64,000 bases of DNA from Eledone cirrhosa (taxonomy: Eukaryota): the NCBI GenBank assembly GCA_964016885.1, contig OZ024740.1, forward strand, positions 403,682,001 through 403,746,000, written 5' to 3'. The position numbers and the translations under genes were made by a program. Below the pieces are notes generated by a model, which had not been told where the DNA came from, searched no databases, and was given only the letters and a program-made list of their open reading frames with translations. Positions 52,580-64,000 of this stretch are shown one piece after another (positions within the stretch are counted from its first letter, which is position 1; each line of letters begins with the position of its first letter).

Positions 52580-54480
52580 TATTGAGTCCTGAGTTTGAGA
52601 AATTTTTGCGTTAGACGTATTTTCTCGTAGTCTCGGCGATGGTGGTATGACCTGTCTATATCGACGGAGATGACTCTGGACAGAGGTTCTGGGGTTTCAG
52701 CGAGTTGTGGTACAAGGCTGGAAATAGTCCGTATGTGTTGTTGTAGCGTGCAGTGTAGGTGTTGTATGAGTTTTCTTAGGCAGAATTTTTGTATGTAACT
52801 AAGTGATCGTTTGAGGCCTGGTGATTTGAAGCATGTTGGTAGGTGCAAATTTTTGATAGTTTTTGGGATGATGTTATTCAGGCATCGTTTTAGGAAGTTT
52901 ATTTGGCAGCCGACTTTGGCGCGCTTTTCAGATAGCTGGAAGAGTTTCTTTACAGTTGTAAACTGGGCCTGGCTCAGGCGTAAGGAAAGGAGGAGGTTAT
53001 AGTTCACTTGAAGCATTGTGTAATGAGGTATAAACGTTTGTATATGTATAATAAAGCCAAAACGTGAGAAGGCAGATAAAATATACACTACATTCTCCAG
53101 CATGGACGCCAGTATAAAGTGAAGCATGGAACACCCCGATGACCGCGGATCCCTATTCCTACTGGACTTCCAACTCAGGGTAACAGAGGAAGGCAACATC
53201 CACACCTGCTTTTATAAAAAAAAGCCGCCAGCAGGGACCTGTTCGTACATTTCAGATCGGCCTCCCCACTCGGTGCCAAGTTCGGATACATAAGGAATGA
53301 ACTGGCACGTATCCGGAACAAATGCACCGACGCTAGAGACCGAGACACACACACCACACATTTCCTGGAAGTACTCAAACTGAACGGATACACGACATCC
53401 ACCACAAACCGTGCCAGAAAGAACAGAGGACACCACACCCGAGGCACTAACACTTGCTTCCTGAAGCTCCCACACTTCAATGAAGAAACAACAACAACCA
53501 TCCGCAGAGCTATCAGACGAGAGGGACTAGATATCCAAATGGCCCACTCAGGTCCTTCTCTACGCGGACAGCTAACCAAAAGACACTCCACCAGACATGA
53601 CAACTGCTGCAGACTAGCCAACTACCCCATCAACGACACAGACCTATGCCACCAGGCTTACGTCGTATACAGACTAGAGTGTGACAAATGCAACAACTTC
53701 TACGTAGGTAGCACCATCAGACCACTCCACATAAGAATAAAAGAACACCTCAATACTAACGCTTCCTCATTTAAGAAACACCTAGTTAAATGCAAAAACA
53801 CCGACAAAACCATAACAGTTAGGATAGAAACCAAAGAAAGAAACCTCGGCAATCTTAGAATTAATGAAGCACTAATTATAGACAAAACACTACCACCAAT
53901 CAATAATAGACTAGAACTCAACACCCAATTTATAACTTGATAGAGCTTCTAGCCCCATATTTACACACACACCCCACACACACACGCACACACGCACGCA
54001 CGCACACACACACACACACGCTTACACCTCCACTTATTCTCTCTCACACATACACACACAAAACCAGTTCTAACACGAAATAACACCTATCCCCCACATT
54101 TACGAATAGACATATCTTCTCACACTCACACACACACACTCACATACTTACACCGTCATGCATTCTCCCACACACTTAAACAGGCATGTATATAACCCCC
54201 CCCCTTTAAAGGGAGACTACTCTTTATCCACCTAATCTTAACTCTTTGACATTAGAGATAGAACAGATACTCTATACCATTTCCTGGCAAGCAATTTAGA
54301 ACACTGGTTGACAACTTTACTTCGCTCTGAAGAAGAGATATTATCTCTAAAATTAAGGACATTTAAATAAATCTAAGGTAAAAGACTAATTGTCAACAAT
54401 ATCTTTTGCATTTGCATTCTTTATTCTATGTCCATACCTGCATTGTTTTGGCTTTATTATACATATACAAACGTTTATAT
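52580..54480. mobile_element. Penelope-like element family E: inverted pLTR/ORF start (minus) joined to RT thumb and GIY-YIG (plus)
   Basis: Minus 52580-53015 QINFLKRCLNNIIPKTI; plus 53100-53940 LDFQL, FYKK, HFRSASP, VVYRLECDKCNNFYVGSTIRPLHIRIKEH, EALII...IN; 53028-53065 is inverted at 54443-54478. Confidence 0.85.
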
Positions 54481-55354
54481 ATATAGGAACGATCGACTTT
54501 CGTCAAATCGGACCGAAGAAACATTGTTTCCGTTGGTCTTTCCAATTGCTAATACTATCTATCGGTCGCTACTCCAGGTAGAAGGAGCAACATGAAATAA
54601 AGTGTCTTGCTCAAGGACATAACGCATCGCCTGGTCTATTTCGTACGTATGTATGTATACGTGCTTTTTTGTGTGTATTACTTACCACGCGTGTCTGTCC
54701 TGTTAGCTGGGTCATGTATCGCTGTCAAAAATTTTTTAAATAAAATATATAGATATATAATATATATATATATATATATATTTTTTTTTTTTCTTATATT
54801 TATTTGCGTGTGTGAATATGTAGAGGAGTGCATTCATGTATGTGTATGTATGTACGTTTTGTACGTTTGTGTGAATGTATGTATGTGTATATATATGTGT
54901 GTGTGTATGGCTATGTTTGTGTATGTGTATGCTTGTACACACACATGTGTATGTGTGTGTATGTGTATGTGTGTATATGTATATATATGTATATATATAT
55001 ATATATATGTACATATATATATATGTGTGTGGATATGTGCGTGTGTGTGTGTGTGTGTGTGTGCGCGTGTGTGTATATGTATTAATGTATGTATGTGTAT
55101 ATGTGTGTATATATGTGTTTGTGTAGGTAAGTGTACGTTTTATATATATGTGTATATGTATATATGTATGCGTACACACACATATATATATGTATATATA
55201 TATGTGTGTAAGTATGCTTTGGGTTTTTTTTGTGTGTGTGTTTGCATGCGTAGTTTTATTTTACTTTTCCTTTCCTTCTCCCTTCTCCAGCCTCACTTTC
55301 ATATAGATTGCATTTTTGGTTTTGTAATCCAAATTCAATAAACAAACCAGCTTT

Positions 55355-55413
55355 TTCCGTTCTGATGATTGAAAGCAAAACCTTTTGCTTTAAGAAACCA
55401 CTGGTAAATGGAA
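55355..55413 (+). ncRNA. Canonical type I hammerhead ribozyme
   Basis: TTCCGTT-CTGATGA-TTGAAAGCAAAA CC TTTTGCTTTAA-GAAA-CC ACT GG-TA-AATGGAA. Confidence 0.87.
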
Positions 55414-55452
55414 TAATTGCCTTGTGTTGTTTATTACATAATAATAATAATA

Positions 55453-55483
<31 letters not shown>

Positions 55484-55620
55484 TTTTAGAGTTAAATAAG
55501 GTTCATATGAATTATCTAAGAATGAGTTTTACACACATATATATGTGTGTGTTTGTATTTGTATGTACGTGTTTGTGATATGTATGTATATGTATGTGTA
55601 TATTTGTATGGTTATGTATG

Positions 55621-55681
<61 letters not shown>

Positions 55682-56143
55682 ATATATGTATATGTGTGTG
55701 TGTGTGTGTATGTATTTGTGTATGGGTATGTGTATGTATTTATGTATTTGTATATGTATATTTATGTATGAGAGTGTGTGTATGTATTTATTTTTACGTA
55801 TGTATGTGTACGTGCATTTGTGTGTATTGCTTACCACGTGTGTCTGTTAATTTATTTGTTGCCTGTATCGCTGTCAACATTATAATAGTCTTTATATTCA
55901 TTTTTATGTTTTTTATTATTATATATTTTTTCTTATATTTATTTGTGTGTGTGAGTATGTAGAGGTGTGTGTATATATTTCTATGTTTGTGCATGCGTAT
56001 GTATGCGTGTATATATGTGTGTATGTATGTGTATGTATGTACGTGTGTATATACGTATGATTGTGTGTATGTATGTATGTATGTATGTATGTATGTATGT
56101 ATGTATGTGTATGTATATGTATATGTGTATGTATATGTATGTG

Positions 56144-56197
<54 letters not shown>

Positions 56198-56510
56198 GTT
56201 GTATTTATGTATGTGTATGTATGGATATGTTGATATTTATGTGTGTATGTATGTATGTGTATATGTATGTGTATGTATATATATACACATATATATGTGT
56301 GTGTGCGTGTGTATATATGTGTGTGTATGTATGTGTGTGTATATATATATATATACATATATATGTGTATGTATATAATTGTGTGTGTGTGTGTATTTGC
56401 ATGTGTGTTTTTATTTTATTTTTCCTTTCCTTCTTCCTTTTCCAGCCTCAATTTCATATAGATTGCATTTTTGTTTTTAAAATCCAACGTCAATAAATAC
56501 ACCAGGATTT

Positions 56511-56570
56511 TTTCATTCTGATGATTGAAAGCAACATTTTTTGCTTTTAAGAAACCACTGGTAAATGAAA
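56511..56570 (+). ncRNA. Canonical type I hammerhead ribozyme
   Basis: TTTCATT-CTGATGA-TTGAAAGCAA...TTGCTTTTAA-GAAA-CC ACT GG-TA-AATGAAA. Confidence 0.87.
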
Positions 56571-56621
56571 TAATTGCCTTATGTTGTTTATTACATAACT
56601 ATATATATATATATATATATA

Positions 56622-57649
56622 TTAAAATAACAGATTAAACTTTAAGCAAAGAATCGCTGCTTTCACCCTTAACGGGATCTTCTGAAACTAACAAAGTCAA
56701 TCTGTAAACGCAGAAGTGGATATTTCAAAAAACGTTGCAACCGGAGGAAGACAGGAAGACGATACTTTGGTTCGTGGAAACGTTCCCTTCACAAAACATA
56801 CAGGTAATATATACTTACCTATGCAAATAAGTAATGGTATAAACATAACATATACTTAGCTACCACATCAAGACGTAAAATATCCACGTATAGATCGTAC
56901 TATCCGTTAGGGTATAATGTGGGGCTGTAATACAGGAAAGTGTTGTGCAATTTATGTTTACAAGCCGAAATTGCCTCAAATTTTTTGTTTAAGATGTGGT
57001 TTGTGGCGTAGAGTATTTCCAGGGCCTCAGCGCAGAGGTCACATGGTCTAGTATTTCCGTTATACGATCTAGCCCTAGCTAGGATCTCCCAATAGATTCA
57101 AGCAGCGTCTTTACATGCATACCCATTCTTTTCGTTACCCTCTAAGAAGGAATATGACGTCACTTTCAGCTTATATCCGGAGTCTAAAAGACAACCACGC
57201 CCAATATAAGTTACACTGGGAGATCCTAGCGAGGGCTAGATCGTATAACGGAAATAAAAGACCTTGTGACCTCTGCGCCGCTGATGCCCTGGAAATACTC
57301 TATGCCACAGACCACATCTTAAAAAAAAATCTGAGGCAATTTCGGCTTGTAAACATAAATTGCACAAAACTTTCCTGTATTACAGCCCCACATTATACCC
57401 TAACAGATAGTACGATCTATACGGGGATATTTTACGTCTTGATGTGGTAGCTAAGTATATGTTATGTTTATACCATTCCTTATTTGCATAGGTAAGTATA
57501 TATTACCTGTATGTTTTGTGAAGGAACGTTTCCTAGAACCAAAGTATCGTCTTCCTGTCTTTCTCCGGTTGCAACGTTTTTTGAAATATCCACTTCTGCG
57601 TTTACAGATTGACTTTGTTAGTTTCAGAAGATCCCGTTAAGGGTGAAAG
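56622..57649. mobile_element. Penelope family B 3' end as a ~1-kb fold-back (GIY-YIG C-terminal remnants, pLTR hammerheads in both arms)
   Basis: 56659-57092 is inverted at 57215-57649; WEILARARSYNG..RPCDLC remnant; CAGAAGA hammerheads at 56640-56689 (-) and 57620-57649 (+, cut by the gap). Confidence 0.8.
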
Positions 57650-57849
57650 NNNNNNNNNNNNNNNNNNNNNNNNNNNNNNNNNNNNNNNNNNNNNNNNNNN
57701 NNNNNNNNNNNNNNNNNNNNNNNNNNNNNNNNNNNNNNNNNNNNNNNNNNNNNNNNNNNNNNNNNNNNNNNNNNNNNNNNNNNNNNNNNNNNNNNNNNNN
57801 NNNNNNNNNNNNNNNNNNNNNNNNNNNNNNNNNNNNNNNNNNNNNNNNN
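57650..57849. other. Assembly gap
   Basis: Run of N. Confidence 1.
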
Positions 57850-59510
57850 ATGGACCGTATGGCGAGATCCAAGCCTCTCCGAAAAAGCACAGCAACTCTT
57901 CCCCCGCTTCCGGGCGGCTGGGAGATGCGTATACATAGTAGCCGCCGAAGATCGGTGCGAAGGCTCGTGCTTCGGAAATTCTGGTCTCGCTGATGGCCAC
58001 CACATCTATGTTTAGTGACCTGAGGTCGTTAAGCAGACGGCCCTGCTTCCAAGATGACCCCAGGCCACGCACATTTACACTGCCTATTCTAAGTAATACC
58101 ATGTTGGGTGAGGAACGGGGTAAGTGAGAAGGATCACTTACCTTGATCGTGTGGGAGAGGGACAGTTGAAACGTCCCTTTGCCTTGTCATCGGTGTCTCC
58201 AAGATAATATCCGTGCATATTCTCTTTATATGTTCCATGAGTTATTTATTTGCAATGTTTATGGCTGTGTAATTTTTGGGGGGAGGGGGGAGGGGCTGTT
58301 TTCTTGTTGCTGCTGTTGGGTGTATGTGCCTTGACGTGTTTGCGATGTTGGTATTTGTGGTGATGCTGGTGGTGGTATGGTTGTTGGTAGTGATGCTTGT
58401 GGTGGTGATGGTGTTGCTGCAAGTCACCTTGTTGGATTCGTGGGGTCTGGGAGGGATATGAGCTCCACGGCTGTTGGTGGTGGTAATGGAGCCCGCTCCG
58501 GTAATTTTGCCGCCGGTGTAGCTACTGCGACTGTTGGTGTTGCCGCCACTGCTGTCGCTGTTTTAGTTGTTCGTGGCCTTCGTATGGGTGCCACGGACGC
58601 TGCCCTCCTACTCACCGCAGAAAGGTCTGACGCCTCTGTTGCCTGTCCTGCTTCTGATAGCAGCGGACCAGGCGTCGGAAGGAAGGGCAGGGGCTTCTCC
58701 TTTGCTGTCTTCTGCGGACAAAAGCCCCTGAGGTGACCCTTCAACCCACAGAGATAGCACTTTCTTCCTTCCACGCTTATGGGGAGTTGAACTCCCTCTT
58801 CGAGGTCTATGACGTCCGGGATAGCCTCGATACACTCCTGGTCAATTTGGATTAGCATTTGCATTCCATTACCTGACCAATTCTCCCTCCCTATCCTCTG
58901 CACTTGCAGCGTGGTCGTTCTATCCTCGACTCCCGCGAGGACAGATGTGGCCAGACAATGTATAAGCACGTCGGGCGGGACCTGGATCACCTTGACCCTC
59001 ACAATCTTTTGCCCACAGTAGGAGGACACTAACACTATCTCCTCACTCTTTAGGGTTACCGAAGGGTGAGACTTCTCCTGTTTAGGTGTGGCAAAAAGTA
59101 CCTACCCGGTGCCATACGTTTTGCCTCGGGTGATGTGGGTTTTGCGTGCCTACACGCACCTCAAGGCCTTTTGAATTTGAGCCTCCGTGGCTCTCTCCAC
59201 CCGATGTGATTTTTTGCTTATCGTGCAGTATATAACCGTACGTAACTGTTGATCTTTGAAAAACTCTGATGGAGATTTCAGGGAGACTCTATTTTCTTTC
59301 CTAGTCACAATGGCCCTTGCGACCTCCATCTCCTCCTCCGTGACTACCACTGTCTCTATCTTCTGGGCCAGACCCACAAAAGAAATGGTTATTTTTTCAG
59401 TGGCTCCATTATAGCTGCCGCTACTGCTGCTACTGGTCTTGTTGTTGATGCTAGAATCGTTGTTACTGTCATTGATGTTGTTATTGTTGTTATTGTTGTT
59501 GTTTTAGTCG
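57850..59510 (-). mobile_element. Tx1/L1-clade LINE copy 4: ORF1 (CCHC knuckle) and start of the ORF2 APE domain
   Basis: CYLCGLKGHLRGFC; MVLLRIGSVNVRGL...AISETRI. Confidence 0.85.
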
Positions 59511-60134
59511 AAACTGCTGTATATATGAATATATATTCATATATGTAAGTTTATGAAACTCACGCAAAAGCCACAACAAACGTAAAACTACCATCACCCC
59601 ATTTACACCTCACACTCAACAAGAAAACTAAAATTACAATATAGAACATAACGCTGGAGAAGCAACTCCAATAAGCTACAATGTCACCCTCCCCACTACC
59701 ACTCCCAGTCCCCCCACCCCCATTATCAATCCCCCCGCTACCAACACCGACACCACTCAAACTACAGGAACAGTTGAGAAAATTCTCTTGCACCTGTTAC
59801 AGCTGCAACCATAATAACATCACCTCAATCAACAACTGCAATGGACATAACTATACCGTTGTTATATTGGTAATAATGATTTCACTGCTGGCCAACCAAT
59901 GCACTACCCATAGAGCCGGGCAACATTCCATGGACTTCCAATTCCATGCGTAACACAAGTATATATTGCGAGAAGAATAAATAAAAATTAATACAGAACA
60001 CCAAATCGCTTGTCCTATGATTAATCAGGAAGCACGTCCCTCGGGAAGGTGCCAACCTGAGATTGAAAAGTCCTCCTCTGGCACAAACTCTTCTCCCATT
60101 ATTAACCTGGATGGTTACTTGAACGGGGATTGCC

Positions 60135-60990
60135 CCAACTCGAACGAGTGGTTAAAAGCAGAGAGCGAAGGCTTCATCTTAGCTGCCAAAGATCAAACCT
60201 TACTGACGCATAATTATCAGGCCTATTTGATGAGAAATGGAGTAAATCCAAAGTTCCGATTCTGCAATGTTGAGTTTGAAACAGTGGACCACCTAGTTTC
60301 TGGATGTAAAGTTTTAGCCCCAGTAGAGTACAAATATCGACATGACGGAGTTGGCCAATATCTACACTGGCTAATATGTCGGCATTTGGATTGGCAGTAT
60401 CGGTAGAGGGTCGGCCGCCATGCTTTGACGCAAAGAGTTACGTCCCTTTACGATCTGAGTTCAAATCTCGCCGAGGTTAACTTTGCCTTTCATCCTTACG
60501 GGGTCGATAAAATAAAGTACCAGTAATGTACTGGGTAATTGCTGGCCTTGTACCAAAAGTAGAAACAATTATTAAATCAAAGATGCTAACAAGTGGTACA
60601 ATTATCACCCTGAAGCTGTAACAATTCTTTGGAACTTTCCTGGACATACTGACCGGACCAGAAAAGCTAATAGACCAGATATCATTGGAAAAGACCAACG
60701 TAGCAAGGTCTGTTTATTGATTGATATGAGCATCCCATGTGATCACAATATCGTGGCAAAAGAATTTGTCAAGCTAAGAAAATATAAATATCTGCTTATT
60801 GAAATCGAAAAAATTGTGGCACCTCAAGGCCGTTACAATACCAGTGATTGTGGGAGGACTGGGAATGATCAAGAAAGGAACAGAACAGTATTTGCGAATG
60901 ATTCCTGGTTCACCCTCTCTGCACGAGGTGTAAAAAACAGTTTTGACTGGTACTGCAGACGTATTGAGAAGAGCACTATCTCAATAAGAA
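60135..60990 (+). mobile_element. R4/Dong-type RLE LINE 3' fragment interrupted by a SINE
   Basis: ESEGFILAAKDQ, ETVDHLVSGC, RHD, RPDII, IDMSIP...KLRKY; SINE at 60385-60572. Confidence 0.8.
60385..60572 (+). mobile_element. tRNA-derived SINE
   Basis: Near-identical to 46978-47172. Confidence 0.82.
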
Positions 60991-61020
60991 TGACATCCCT
61001 CCTTGTGTGGATGTGTGGAT

Positions 61021-61060
<40 letters not shown>

Positions 61061-61154
61061 GCGCATGGATATTTTTTATTTTTATATATGTATATGTATG
61101 TGTATGTATGTGTATATATGTATATGGATATGTATTTGTATCTGTGAGTGTATG

Positions 61155-61189
<35 letters not shown>

Positions 61190-61190
<1 letters not shown>

Positions 61191-61370
61191 ATTGTTTCTA
61201 CGTTTGGCACAAGGCCAGCAATTACCCAGTACATTACTGGTACTTTATTTTATCGACCCCGTAAGGATGAAAGGCAAAATTAACCTCGGCGGGATTTGAA
61301 CTCAGAATGGCAAGGGCCGTAACTCTATGCGTCAAAGCATGGCGTCCGACCCTCTATCGATACTGCCAAT
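61190..61370 (-). mobile_element. tRNA-derived SINE
   Basis: Reverse complement of the 60385 copy. Confidence 0.82.
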
Positions 61371-61560
61371 AATGAGTGTATGTGCGTATGTGCGTGGATG
61401 TGTATATGTGTGTATGTATGTGTATATTTGTGTGAGTATATATGTATGTGTACATGTGTGTGTATATATATGTGTGTATGCATATGCATGTATATGTGTG
61501 TATGTATATATGTGTGTGTATATATGTGTATGTGTATGTGTGTGTATATATATGTGTATG

Positions 61561-61593
<33 letters not shown>

Positions 61594-61779
61594 CTGTATA
61601 TATGTATGTATATATGTTTCTTTTATCTAAGCTGTAAATTATAATCAATGTGGTGTGTTAACTGGTTTACCAATGTATTCAGCGAATTTATTTGCCGTAG
61701 GTGTCAGGAAGACACTCGGCATATATCATCAGAAATAATACTGAAGGAAAACCAAAAACAATAAAAATAATAATAATAA

Positions 61780-62340
61780 AAATTTCCTTGTTAGCCACAC
61801 AGTGCTCACATTAAGAAAACATTAAACACAGTACAGAACGATACAGTGTGGGTTTTGTGTGTAAAATAAAATTTATAATAGAGATTAAGAAAATAAACAT
61901 TTAAAACAAACATAACAAATACGCCAAAGGTGAGGAGACTCCAAGGGTTAGTCGTTGAGAAAGACCACAAAAACACGGTCACCCTGACCACTAGGGCAAG
62001 CGCCCTCTCCCAGTTGTCCTCCTTCAGTACTACAAGCACATGCTTAGGGAAGGCCCATTCACACGGACAATTCTTACCTCTCTCACCTACCTTTCAACAA
62101 ACTGGCTGGAAAGCAGTACTTCCCTCTCCCATCTGATTTTCCTTTTCATGTGTAACCTGAGAGCGATGCCGAAGAAGAAAGTTCCCGTCTTCAAACCTTT
62201 CAGACGCGTTCACCATACGACTTCTTTCACCATGGCCACCGGACAGATAAAAACTACCTGTTTTTCCTGGTTAAAAGAGGGCAGCTGGGCATTCTTCATA
62301 GCTGGATCCGTCCTACACGCGACAGCAGATGTTCGACATA
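61780..62340 (-). mobile_element. Tx1 3' fragment
   Basis: AMVKEVVW, VNGPSL and a Tx1-like 3' UTR. Confidence 0.75.
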
Positions 62341-63032
62341 AAATAGGAACATGACTTACATAGGTGAGACGGCCCGTAGCATAAGAGAAAGGAAAAACGA
62401 ACACTGACGAGAACTCTAAGATGTGAAAAACTCATCAGTACTCCACCAACATGCCAGAATCGTACATGGAGGAACACTAGAGAACAGACGCAATTATTCG
62501 ACAGAGTAGAGAAGCGACAAATATAAACGAACAGCAACCAAGACTAAACTGAAACCATGAGGGAAATAACACCAACGTCACAACGTAGTAAACAAGGACA
62601 CGATACAGACACACAGAGACACAAAAAAACTAAACTAATAAAACAAACAAGACTCACACAGATACAACAAGTAACCAACTAGTGGCAAGTAAATAAACGT
62701 ATAAATAAACAAATAGATATATCAAAATAGATAAATAAATAAGTAATTAATTAAATAAAGACGCACAAACACACCACACACAAATCCGGATATAACACAT
62801 GCATAGCCCAAGTACCCAGCTCATATAAACAAGAAGGCGCAGGACAGAACAAGGGGAGAGACAAAATAACAACAAAAGAGATCACAAAATGTGTGACGAA
62901 AGAGCTTTGACAATCAACAACTAAACAACGATCTGGTTATTAGATTAACCGATCGGGAGTTTATGATAAATTGAAGTGAAATCCAACAGATGCATGCGTT
63001 TCTATTGGCAACATTACCCTCCCAAAGTATAA

Positions 63033-63064
<32 letters not shown>

Positions 63065-63125
63065 CGGGTTCAATCGGGAGTAACTATAGTAAGTAAGATT
63101 ACACATACACACACATATATATAAA

Positions 63126-63163
<38 letters not shown>

Positions 63164-63209
63164 ATGTATATGTATATATATATGTATGTATATGTATATA
63201 TATACATAT

Positions 63210-63610
63210 GGTGGCTGCCAACTCGTTTTCGAGTACGGCCACTACTTTATATCCATGTAGGAGAACCTCTACCGATGCGCTGAACAAGTGTGACTTTTTA
63301 GTCCAGCCAGCGACTTGAAAACTCTGGTACAAACACTACACTGGTGACAATTATTGACACATAGTGCTGGTACCATGTGACGACAAGTGCGGAGAGATCT
63401 CCAGATATAAAACAATGCCTGTGCCGTGAATGTTTTATAGTGAGAAAAGGCACTGCACAAAGCCAGTCCCACTCCCTTAACCAAGATGATATTTACCAAA
63501 AAGAAGAACAAGTCAACATCATTGGATACCATCAGGGTTGCAGGTGTTATATCAGAGTTTTCCTTCTCCTAGAATTCTGACTTGACAAAGACTAAGGGGT
63601 CATCTCTCCC
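63210..63610 (-). mobile_element. Short RTE-derived element (second copy)
   Basis: Close match to 18430-18838. Confidence 0.65.
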
Positions 63611-63664
63611 GGTGATTTTGGATGTCCATTGACTCTTAAGAGCTCCTTTGCCCTTTATATATAC

Positions 63665-63697
<33 letters not shown>

Positions 63698-63698
63698 C

Positions 63699-63777
<79 letters not shown>

Positions 63778-63917
63778 ACGAAGGAAATGTGGTAAGGAAC
63801 CAGGTGGACCATAACGCACCAAAGTACTCAATACTTGAGGTAGTAGAGTGGGTAATAGGAACCAGTAAGACCCCGACAGCTGAGCTCAAGCCGTTTCGAC
63901 GGCTAATTCTGGACTAA

Positions 63918-63918
<1 letters not shown>
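63778..63918 (-). repeat. Family A pLTR terminal fragment within (TA)n
   Basis: Nearly identical to 6599-6729. Confidence 0.82.
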
Positions 63919-63989
<71 letters not shown>

Positions 63990-64000
63990 TACATACATAT

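Larger units (their letters stand above)
54636..56600 (+). repeat. Two tandem ~1.15-kb TG/TA-rich units, each ending in a hammerhead
   Basis: Unit starts (CGTATGTATGT...CTTACCACG.GTGTCTGT) at about 54646 and 55797; unit ends (CCAGCCTCA.TTTCATATAGATTGC...TTATTACATAA) also shared. Confidence 0.8.

Noticed and set aside
54327-54355. CTGAAGA-AGAGATA T TATCTCT-AAAA in the family E 3' region
   Set aside because: GAAA is mutated and stems I/III are not evident; probably a decayed hammerhead

Overview
Repeat-saturated eukaryotic DNA with no recognisable host gene. The extreme (TA)n/(CA)n/(TAA)n content and tRNA-derived SINEs suggest a mollusc, probably an octopus (inference). Contents: four large Tx1/L1-clade LINE copies plus fragments, R4/Dong-type and Hero-type RLE LINEs, RTE derivatives, a decayed autonomous Helitron and two non-autonomous Helitrons, many SINEs, and at least five Penelope-like element (PLE) families. 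Reading the non-coding DNA by eye gives roughly 20 type I hammerhead ribozyme (HHR) motifs in about 9 sequence families. They include a U3-A8 core variant, a family with a fixed U4A core, ORF-less tandem HHR repeats with compensatory stem changes (retrozyme-like) and fold-back palindromes with an HHR in each arm. A second unexpected signal is an AG|GTAAGTG splice-donor consensus overlapping the apparent ORF1 stop in three divergent Tx1 copies. All folds and alignments were done by eye and boundaries are approximate. There is an assembly gap at 57650-57849.
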